Shown here in pieces: positions 8,726 to 19,100 of a stretch of DNA of 21,346 bases (its first letter is position 1; the number at the start of each line of letters is the position of its first letter). The notes beneath the pieces were generated by a model. That model made no database searches, was not told where the DNA came from, and saw only the letters and a program-made list of their open reading frames with translations. This stretch comes from Thermoproteota archaeon (GTDB lineage: Archaea; Korarchaeota; Korarchaeia; Korarchaeales; Korarchaeaceae), in NCBI GenBank assembly GCA_027491395.1, contig JAOZFI010000009.1, positions 1 through 21,346 on the forward strand, in the 5' to 3' direction. The position numbers and the translations under genes are program-made.

Positions 8726-9634
8726 ATGGTTGGTACGATGAAGGTGCTGGTGACCGGAGCCTCGGGAATGCTGGGATGCAATCTGATCCCCTTACTCAGG
8801 GAGAGGGGTTACGATATCGTGGTCATGATCAACAGAGGGAGTCTCAAGAAGAGGCCTTGGGCTGGAGAGATCCTTGACGGATTGAAGCTGATAGAGAGCA
8901 GGGTGGAGGAATTCGACGGGCACCTCGAGGTGGATGCAATCATCCACTTGGCAGCCGTCCTGAGGGGACCTACCATGAGAGTGAACTACAGGGGAACCGT
9001 GAACATCCTTGAACGGGTGAAAGCGGATTTCTTCGTCCTGATCAGCAGTATACTTGCACTGGGGGATGGTTTAAAGGAGGGAGCAGATGAGGAAGCTCCA
9101 TGCATACCGGTAACTGGTTACGAGAGATCTAAATGCGAGGCGGAGAGGGCGGTCATGAAATCGGGGATTAGGCACCTTATCATCAGGCCTGGATGGATAT
9201 ACGGTCCCTACTCAATAAACCCAGACATCCTCAGCATCGCTAGGTGGATAAAAAGGGGAATTAAGCCTGTTTTGGTGAGTGAAGATCTGCCCTTAGCTCT
9301 AGTTCACGCGAGAGACGTGGCCAAATCGATCATCCACTTATTGGAAGCTGGAGAGGAGGGCATCTATAATGTAAGAGGACCGAAGATTTACACGATGGCG
9401 GAACTTCTTGATGCGATCTCCTCCTTCCTCGATAGGGAGGGGATCAGGGTGACTGTGCCTAGGTGGATTTTGAGGCTAGCAAGCAGGTGGTTCGATGTGG
9501 TGAGGTACTTGGATTTGGCTCCTAGTGATGTGCCGATCGACAAACTCTTAAACAGCGGGTTCCACCCCAGTATAGACTTGGACGAGGGCATGAGGGAGAG
9601 CCTGACCTGGATGAGATCCAGAGGCCTGATCTGA
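8726..9634 (+). CDS. NAD-dependent epimerase/dehydratase family protein (extended SDR), about 300 aa
   Basis: VLVTGASGMLG, IHLAA, YERSK, RPGWIYGP, VHARDVA; alternative start at 8738. Confidence 0.92.
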   Translation: MVGTMKVLVTGASGMLGCNLIPLLRERGYDIVVMINRGSLKKRPWAGEILDGLKLIESRVEEFDGHLEVDAIIHLAAVLRGPTMRVNYRGTVNILERVKADFFVLISSILALGDGLKEGADEEAPCIPVTGYERSKCEAERAVMKSGIRHLIIRPGWIYGPYSINPDILSIARWIKRGIKPVLVSEDLPLALVHARDVAKSIIHLLEAGEEGIYNVRGPKIYTMAELLDAISSFLDREGIRVTVPRWILRLASRWFDVVRYLDLAPSDVPIDKLLNSGFHPSIDLDEGMRESLTWMRSRGLI

Positions 9635-9701
9635 TCGATGGGGGCAGAGGAACCAAAGGAGGTAACGCCAGGTCCCTAGAAGAGGTGAAAAGGACTGGAG
9701 A

Positions 9702-10115
9702 TCATTCGAGCGTCAAGCCGCTGATGCGGAGCTTGCCCTCTTTCTCCAGCTCGTGAATCCTTTCAACGACCTTGTATATAGAGAGGTTTGCTTCCTTAGC
9801 TAGCTCATATGGGGATATTCGCCCGCTCTCCTTGGCCGCATTTATAATAATCCTACCCAAATCATCGTCCACGCGCTCGTCTAGCACTTCGATGATCAGT
9901 TCGTATCGAGCCCTCTTATACCTAGGCTCGGAGATGTATATGGCTAAGGAGAGCAGCGCCGATGATATGACCGCCGCTGCGATCGCCGAGTAGAATGTAA
10001 ATGTGGACATTATCGACCTGTACATGAGTGTCAGGAAGATCTCCATCGTGAGGATGGTCAAGCCCCAAGTGGCAGCGACTAGGGCCTTTCTCCTAGTCCA
10101 TACCCGTGGGACCAT
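9702..10115 (-). CDS. Membrane protein with two TM helices and a C-terminal Lrp/AsnC-type winged HTH, 137 aa (start moved from 10181)
   Basis: RBS GGAGGTGA (containing the giant gene's TGA) lies 5 nt before ATG 10115; two hydrophobic segments; DDLGRIIINAAKESGRISPYELAKEANLS...VVERIHELEKEG matches the AsnC HTH pattern. Confidence 0.75.
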   Translation of the reverse strand: MVPRVWTRRKALVAATWGLTILTMEIFLTLMYRSIMSTFTFYSAIAAAVISSALLSLAIYISEPRYKRARYELIIEVLDERVDDDLGRIIINAAKESGRISPYELAKEANLSIYKVVERIHELEKEGKLRISGLTLE

Positions 10116-10120
10116 TGCGA

Positions 10121-13100
10121 TCACCTCCTCTCTTGAGGAGGTCTGGCACCACCCAGCAGGAGGAGCTCGGCAGCCTCCCAAAGATCGAGCCCTGAGTTCT
10201 TGGCCACCTCCAAGGATCTCATAACAAGATCCTCATCCAACACCCGCACATGCAGACTACCGCTAGAAATCAGCTTCTCAACCATGGAAGAGACGGCTGG
10301 GTCGCTTAGAGCCTTGGATGCGGTGGCTTCCGAGATAACCAGCCCGAAAGAGGGCAGATCCCCCCGATCTATCAAGTCCCTGAGTGCGGAGTAGTCTATC
10401 AGCATTGCCTTCCTCCTCCTGAAGATAATAAAAAGTAATATCAGTAGGGACATCGGCATACTAATCATGCCCAGTACGGACTCTCTCATGAGCCCTCTCA
10501 ACTCTAGGGTCGCGCTGGATTCTGGACCGCCTGGGATTCTCGCCCTGTTGGTTAGAGTTCCCCCGAAGATCCACCTCGGATAGCGGGCTACTATGAAAAC
10601 GACGGCAGCACCATCCCGCGCGGAAATGCGGACCTCCCTTCCCTCTATTGAGATGTCCACCCTCTCATGCGAGAGAACCTCCTCTATCTCCATTCCCTCG
10701 GGTAGCTCGTCAACCGCTGTGCTCCCTCTAGGACCCCTTATCCTGAGGATGTACTCCACCAGCCCCCTCCCGGAGTAAATGCCCACCTTTTGCAGGTGCA
10801 CCTCCTCCTCAGGGGGCTTCACCACTATCGTGGACGAGGCGGTCAGGTTCCCCAAGTAGGCCCTGTTGGCCCAAGAGCCTACGCGAGACGCCTTGAATAC
10901 GAAGCTGAAGCTGCGGGATTCGCCCGCACTAAGCTTGTCTATCCTCCATGAAATCCGCCTACCTCTGATTCCCCTACCTAGTAGTGGCACGAGTCCCTCC
11001 GTCGGCTCATCGATGATCAACAGCTCCCTAGCCGTCACATTCCCGGTATTGGTCACCGTTATCCAGCAAACTACCGGATCGCCGACTTCGACCTCGGTGG
11101 GTGAGCAGGTCTTGCTCAGAGAGAGGTTGGCCACGAGCTCGCTGCTGACATTTAAAGGAGAAGTAGCCTTAATCTCGGTTCCTTGAATTCGCTCCTCACC
11201 TCTTCCTTCTCCTGGCGTCATAGGAGCACCCGACGGGCCTTCTGTCGTGATGTTCGGTGTAGGTACCGCGCGGGTCACCGTCATGTTGACTGGCCTCCTC
11301 CCGGTCGTGACGGAGCCCTCACAACGGATGACCGGCTCCCTCAGAATTGCCGCGGACTCGAATCCCCCTCCCACCTTGGTCATGAATGATAGATTACCTC
11401 CCAGCATGGAGAGACCCGTGAAATTCGCTACAATGTAGTAAGAGGGAAATTCGCTTGCCGGACTATCAAGGTGGGCTGGGGAGCTCCAGGAGCTACCTGG
11501 GCCGATTATTGCTCCGGGGTTCTCGCAGAAGACGAGTCTACCAGATTCGGGCTCTCCCTCGTACACACAGATGCTGGTCAGGTTGTAAGAGAGGTCCCCT
11601 GCCCTGTTAGAGAAACTGGCGGAGATGGAGTAGCCCCCGTCAACCCTCTCCTTAACTATGTTGATAGAGGCGGGCCCCACGTACCTCATCTCACCTATGA
11701 GATCTAGGAGGGGTGGATGGGAGCCCCTAATCCTGACCCTTGCGTCGGGGATATGCAGATCCTCTACTACCTCAACCGCGAGAGTCAGACTGAGGGTAGC
11801 CGCATCACCCGAGTGTAGTGGTCCGAGGCGCCACCTAACCACACCACCATCCAAGTCGACGGTACCTGTGGTGGCAGCTGCCCTGATAACAGAGGATGCC
11901 CAGCTTACGGGCTTCATGACCTCGACCTCATCCACATCTCGGGTTGACTCCAGCCTGATACTCAGCTCCACCTCTCTGACCCCACCACAGTTGATCGTTT
12001 GCGGTGTCAGCTCCTCCTCCAGCGTGATGGGAGGCGTGACATCCTTCGGAGCGGTGAAGCGCCACCTAACGTACTCTCCCGGTCCCACCCTCTCCGCCCT
12101 CAGAGGAGGTTCTTCCGCTATCGTCGACGGTACTGGATAATCTGGGTAGAACTCGTAACTAGGGGCGTGAATTGGGATGCGAACGTCGGAGATCTCGTCC
12201 CCCTTAGGATTGATAAGGGTCAGGAAGCCCCAATGCTCTCTCACAACGTAACTCCCGTTATAGTGGAATAATACGTCTAGGAACTCGTCAATCTTTACCT
12301 CTGGCATGCCCGGAGGATCCACACCCACGATGAGGGCTTTTGAGAGCTGAAAATCTGAGGAACCACAGTCAAGTGAGGTCAGCGTGTAGGTGATGGATCT
12401 GGTGCCCTCAGGGGAACCTGACGGCCCCAGCGTCAGGAACCACCAATAAACGCCCCCTGAACTTCCTTGGGGAGTCTCGCTCGGCGATGTCAGGACCATG
12501 CCATCAGGGACCGCATCGTAGACCTTGATGGTGGTCGACCACGGATTTAGATTGCTCGCAGTCAAGATCACTGACAGGCTGCAATCGGACAACGGTTCTA
12601 TGTCCTTCTTGATGGACACGCTCACTGGTTTCTTCTTCACAGCCGGGCCGAACTCGCTGCTACCAATCCCGTTCTTGTACAGAAGGGCGGTGAGTGCGCT
12701 CGAACCATCCGGCTCGGCCCAGTCCGGAAGGGATGACAGATCTAGCATACCCGAGAATTCCCCGTTAGGATCGGTTTCGAGCTTACCCAAGTAGATCCAG
12801 CCCTCCCCGTAAAGCTTGGCGAGCTGTGAGTCACCCGAATAGTCGTTACCTATTAGGTCATCTCCCCCATCCGTGTTATTCACAAGGAACACTAGCACCT
12901 CAGCGTCAGAGAAGGTTGGGCTCCCCTCATACAGATCCTCCCTGTTGACATATCCCTCGACGTAAAGCGTATCGGAAACTGGGTCGTAGCTGAAGTCCGT
13001 TATTATGGGGTAGTCTACACCCTGATTCGGCAGTTCCGGCCTCAGAATCCCGTCGTTGACGGTCACATTGTCCCCCACCGGTTGGGATGGGTGAGTGGTA

Positions 13101-16100
13101 TCGAGGTCAATGCCCACTTCTCCGTTAGAGAATATGGAGTTAACCAGAATGGAGTTATTCACGCTCACCTCGGAACCGCCTGACCAGTTGGCGATGACAA
13201 CACCCGGCCCAGCATTTTCGTAGATAACACTGGCGTTCAGCAGAGTGCCATTACCGAATATCCTGATGCCCCCATCTTCTCCCTGATCAGCCACTACGCC
13301 ATTTCCACTGACGTTAACTTCCTCAATCACATTTCCTCCTATCCCATTCCAGCTGTCGAAACCGTATGCGGCGTTATCATGTATGTAGGAGCACCTCAGG
13401 ATGACACCCCCGGCCCCCTCCTCGACCGATACGCCGTCCTCTAGGCCGTTGACCAACCCGTTGGAGAAGACCTCAACACCCTCGATCGTACCCTCGAAGG
13501 GTCCCCCCTCCACATGAATCCCGGTGTAGCCATTGTAGGCGACTAGGCTGGATGTCACGTTGAAGCTGGGCCCACCCGACGAGTTAACCTCGATTCCCTC
13601 AGCACCATTCCTCGCGAGTCCGTAGGTGGAGGGATCATCGCCATTCGATGTGAGCCCCACTAGAAGCTGTGAGAGCGATATGTTCCCCATACTACCGGTT
13701 CCGTTCAAGACTAGGGCACCGCCCGGATAACTGGAGCCGAACCCGTAGAGGGAGATCCGGCTGACCCACGTGTTACTCGCATTTATCACTATCCCACTAC
13801 CATCCAGTCCATTGCCGTATATCTCCAGTTCCGGCTTCTCGACTCCTCCCAGCGTGCATTCATCACCGGTCCCGGGTATCCCATCCGGACCAGTCCCCAC
13901 CCTTCCAATGGATCCGACCACGCCGGGATTGGAGTTCCTGACTGCCATGTTCGGGTAGAACACCGTCCCGTTTAGCGAGGCCCCAGCTGAATCGTTGAAG
14001 GACGGAAGCTGGCCCAAGGTGTGATTGATCTCTATCCTCCACGATCCGGCGTAGGCCACATTAGGGTCGACCATCATCACGAAGTAGCTCCTCTGATATC
14101 CCTTCACAGCGTTCGCGTTAACTATGAATTGTCTCAGGCTACCCTGAGCATACTTCAGTTCGTTAGTCTTGGCGTAGATGGAACCGGGACGTTCGAAGAC
14201 CCAGTAGGCGACCTGTTCCGTGGTATGCCTCCTCTCAGAATCTGAAAGCGTGTCCTTATCGATGGCTAGGTGAAGCTCGTTAGTTATGGGATCGTCGCCG
14301 AAAAGAACAGCCCATCCACCATAAGTTCCGTCCATCGCGCTCTGAGTAACCACTCCCACCGTGAAGGTCCCACTCAGGCTGTAAACGTAGGGAGGGGAAT
14401 CACCCACCCCTTGAACGGTGTCTGGTCCAAGCTGAGCCTCGTAGCCCAAGCCCCCGGTCGATCCCTTACCGGCCTCCACTATCACGACACCTAGCAGCTC
14501 GTCACTCCTGTAAGTGACGGGATCCTCGCCGACGTGTTTGCCAACGTAAAGGTTGCTGGAGTCAGGTGGTTCCGTCCTATCGCCGTTGCTATCCCAGAAC
14601 ACTGACCACCTGCTGTCGTTGTAACTCATTACCTGACCTAGGACCACAGGGGATGTGTATGCCCAGACGTAAGGGACATGCTCCATGAGAGAAGCATCCC
14701 AGTTGTTGTTGTCGTTGGTTCCGTGTGATACCACTCTGTGCGCCTCTACCTTCCTCCCATCATCGAGTTCCCAGCTTCCCTCCTCCATCACGAGGCAGTG
14801 GACATCTCTAGGGGTGACGGGCTTCCCGGATGGATTCTGTATCCTCACCTTGAAGGAGTAATGGGAGACATCCTTTATCCTGACTACTGCCTCGTTGTCA
14901 GAGCTGCTCGGAAGGTTGTGGGTGCACACAACGACCGGGCTCTCATAGAAGTGGTGGGTGAAAACGGGTACCCATGAGCTCCCGACGTTTTGGAGCTTGA
15001 ACACTTCTCCAATGGCCTTTACCGGGTTTTTCATTCTATCTAGAGTGTTAACCACCACCTCGTAGCTGAAGCCGAAGTCCAAGCTCTCTCCTGAGTATAT
15101 GGATGGATCTACCTCGACATAGTGCTCAGGTTGGCCATTCTCCATATCACCCATATTTGGATCTTTGCCCCCAAAGCTCTGAACTAGGGTCCACGAGCTT
15201 CCATCCCACTCCCTGTGGAAGGTCTCCTCTGCCCAGACATCGTCCCAAGTATAGCCCGGATTTAATCCCCTCACCGAGATGATGGTACTGGAGTCTACCA
15301 CCACGTAGACCTTACCATTGTGTACGGAGTGGAGAACGTACCTACCGGAGGAATCCGTTATCTCGGAGTCTATGATCTTATCACCGAAATCGAAGACACC
15401 ATCGCCGTCATCTCTGTATAAGAGGATTCTCACATTCGGGATGCCCACATCATCGGAATCGAGGGCGCCTAGAACACCAAAGTCCTCATACACTCTACCC
15501 TGAATCGGCCAACTGACGTATATAGTTACGTTTTGGGGGTGGGTTACGCCATTAGTCTCTACGGCCCTCACCTCCACGGTGTAAATCCCGAAATCGCTAA
15601 GAGAGAACTGGTACCTGTAGATCCTCCAGAAGGGAGGGGATCCAGGATCCTCGGATATGAGACCCATATTGTCTGTCAGGATGAGGTTATCGCTCTGATC
15701 GAATACATTTATCACCACATCAGATATGTCGTAGGCTCCAATGGGATCAGTCACATTTGCGGTGACTGTGATGGTGTCACCGGGGGAGTAATCCTCGCTG
15801 TCGGTTTCCACTTGGGCCACCTTGATGTATGTGAAGGTGCTCACCTCAACCTTGGAGGGATGCGAGCTGTCGTGAGCTATATAGAGAGGATACGGGGCTT
15901 GGTTCTTTATCCTCAAGACTAGATAGCTGCCCTTCGGAATGGACACTTGGTTGGTCAGCGGCATGGTGAACGAGTAGGGGCTTGAGGAGGGGTTCAGAGT
16001 GACCATCTGCTCCACGCTACCTATGACCGTAACGGAGTCGCCGTCTGTGTATAAGAGGTCAATCACCACGTCATGGTCCTCGTAGAAATAGAAATAGCTC

Positions 16101-19100
16101 CTCAAGTAGAGGGTTACCGTTACATCCCCCGAGATAACGAACTCACCCGAAAAAGGAGGACTTTGAGTCCAAGAATCCAGCGAGTTGGACAGGATTGTAG
16201 TCTCGCTGCTGGACACTGTGGGTACGGTCGTGTTGAGGGTGTGATCAGCGTCACCATGGAGATAGAACTGTTTCTCCACATTACCGGGATGTATGGTGTC
16301 CGTGTAAAGAGATACCGTGTCGTACACGGCGGTGTCGCTGATCTTGGTGAAGTTCAATTCGGTGAGATCGACCTCGCCCATCGGCGCCGTGGACGGCACT
16401 ATCTTCCTCACGGTCAAATTGGTCTCTCCAAGCGGTAAGAGGAGGTCTGGGAGACCATTTCCGTTCGAATCGTATCCTATAGCGATGAAATCCCATATGC
16501 CATCGCCATCCGAGTCCTCGGCTATTAGGGTGTCGCCTTCGTAAAGCTCAGTGGCCCATCCCTTCGTGGACTGAATTATGCTAACGTCGAACCTCTCCTC
16601 CTCATCGTAATTGTATGCGGTAACATTGTACTCTGCCTCACTTCCCGGGTACACCTTCTCCTCCTGATCCGGTTCTACGGAAAACGTGGTGACATAGATA
16701 ACTATACTCTTGGCATCATTCGAAGTGTTCTGATCGCCTGGAAGTTCGGAGCTCACAGTGATGTTGTAAGCTCCGGGTGATAGGGAGACCACGTCTAGGG
16801 AGAAGCTGACCTGAGCCGTCTCGTTGTGGGGGACGTAAAGACTCACGTACTTTGTTTGGGTAGATGAGTAGCCTCCTCCAATCTTCTCCACTGCCATCTT
16901 TATGGGAACGTCCTCTTCATCGACTATCCCGTACAGGGCAGCGGTGGCGTTGATCCATATGGTGCTATTAACGTGGGGATTCACTCTACTTCCATTCTCC
17001 GGAGTATCTATGCTTTTTATCCCTACATCGTGCAGCTGTGAAAGTCCGTCGTTGATCTGATCAAGCATGTCGTTCATATCGTACCCTAGGCCCCAGATCA
17101 CCGGTACAACCCAGACCTCTCCGGGGGCTAGAGAATCTCTATCCCAAGCCAAGGCTGTACCAGCGTCTCCCTCATAGCTGGACGAGTTGGTGAGCCTGTC
17201 GTATAGGATGTCCGTCCACACGGTTCCGTAGTGCCCCACTTCGTGGAGGGAGCTGGGCTGTTCCGCCCTGAAACCACCGTACTCTATATCTCCGGGGGGA
17301 GCGTTACTATCATATCCATACACCACATCGTTAGACGAATCGTAGTAAGAGTCATCATCATAGTAGTCTCCATTGAAGTTCCAGTCCATGCCTTGGAAGA
17401 ACCTCAGATTCGTGTACGTATTGGAAGTCGGATTCCTCAGGTAGTAGATGGTGGCAAACCACCTCTTATTATCCCTTATTATAGTCTTCTGGGTTATGTT
17501 CAACTCATATCCGCTCCACTGGGCCTGCATCTCCGTTATTATGACGCTCTCCAGCATACCATTAGGAACAGTGTTTGCCGAGACATTCTCCCTGCTTATC
17601 TCGGTGAGAAAGTAGTTGCCCGTCCAATAGAAATCCCCATCATTCCCGTACTGCCTGGTTCCACCATCTGTAGTGTACCTGACGGCTATCTTCGAACCAG
17701 CGTCCGCATCTATGTCATTAGCCCAGTTGTCCTCCGTTCTACCAGCATGGTCATAACTGGCGATTGTGGAGGAGCTATCTCCCTGAGAATAGGGGAATAC
17801 TATGGCTGAGAGCTGACCTGCCTCCACCTCCTCTATGGCCACGGAATTGTTCGGGCCTGGGGGTATGAGCGTGATGTCGTAACCGGTAATAGGATCATCG
17901 AAAAAGTAAAGAACTCCATCGTCAACGTACCACCTGATCTCCCCTTCCACCTCCCCCGTTGACCTGTTCACCTTGATGTCATTCACTATGACCCTCCCAT
18001 CGTCCCCCACTATCTTACCCACCCTGTATCCTTGGGGGATCTTCACGGAGAACCTGTAATTTATCTCGAGCTTGCCCTTGACCCCCAGCCTTATTACAGT
18101 CTCGTTCACTCGCCTCGATGTGATAACAGTATTGAGAACCTCCCCAGGGAGACCAAACCTTCTTAACAGTTCTGATGTAGCTGGCAGCTCATATTCCGAG
18201 ATATTTAACCTCCCTATCCGCCTTACTACCTTTTTCAGGGCTTTAATCCCCATGGAAAGCATTTTCACGACCAGCTTATCTGGTGAAGGAGATCTGACAA
18301 CTATCCTCCTAGATACGGGATCGTAGGCCACGGAGAAGCCTTCCCCCCTGTGGGGTCCCGCCGATGGCCAACTCTTTGATCCCTTTATCGTCAGGGAGAG
18401 GGAGAATGTCCTTCCCCAGGCGGTTAGCAGTACACTATGCACCCCCTCCGAGAGGATCACGGGTATGATGAAGTTCCCATTATCCAGACTCGTATTTCCC
18501 CCCACCCCATCGACCTCGTAAGACAGGAAGGGGGGAGGGAGTATCTGGTACTCTACGCGTCCTACTATGCCTTTATCCTCCTCATAGGTGAGCTCGAACT
18601 CGTAACAATCCACAACGAAGTGATCCTCTACGCCATCTACTTCAACACTGTAATTGCCAAGCAGCACGCTGGAATTGAGCGGGTAGGTCGATTCCCAATG
18701 ATCCCCAGATCTCTCGAATACCAGAGGTACGATCCTACCTTCTGGATCCACAAGGCTGGCGGAGCTGGGCTTGAATCGAGCCCTGACGACAACCATATCT
18801 CCCGGGAAGTACACCTCCCTCTCCAACTCCACTCCTCTATCCATTAGCGGCAACGAGAGCTGAGAACTACCGCATCTCAACTCGACTTCACGCTCATCGG
18901 GAGGCACGGATATGATGAAGGTCCCATTAACTACCTCTGCAGCCCCTTCCAAGCCGCTGGAGAATCTGTACCTGACCTCCTTGGGAGGGACGAAGTAGTA
19001 GGAGACCGTTCCTCTGACGAACCCATCTCGGTAGCTGGCGTTCAGCTCGTAATAGTCAACGTAGAAGTCTGCTGTCGAGTTTCCGAGGGAGACCCTGTAA

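Noticed and set aside
10116-10181. ORF-track start of the 159-aa ORF
   Set aside because: It overlaps the giant gene; a strong RBS supports ATG 10115.
12305-12330. Internal start at the Met just after VGVDP
   Set aside because: The GGTG-like sequence is too far upstream and no signal peptide follows.
14147-15037. Intein as the explanation for the inserted cassette
   Set aside because: No Cys/Ser start with His-Asn end and no LAGLIDADG motifs.
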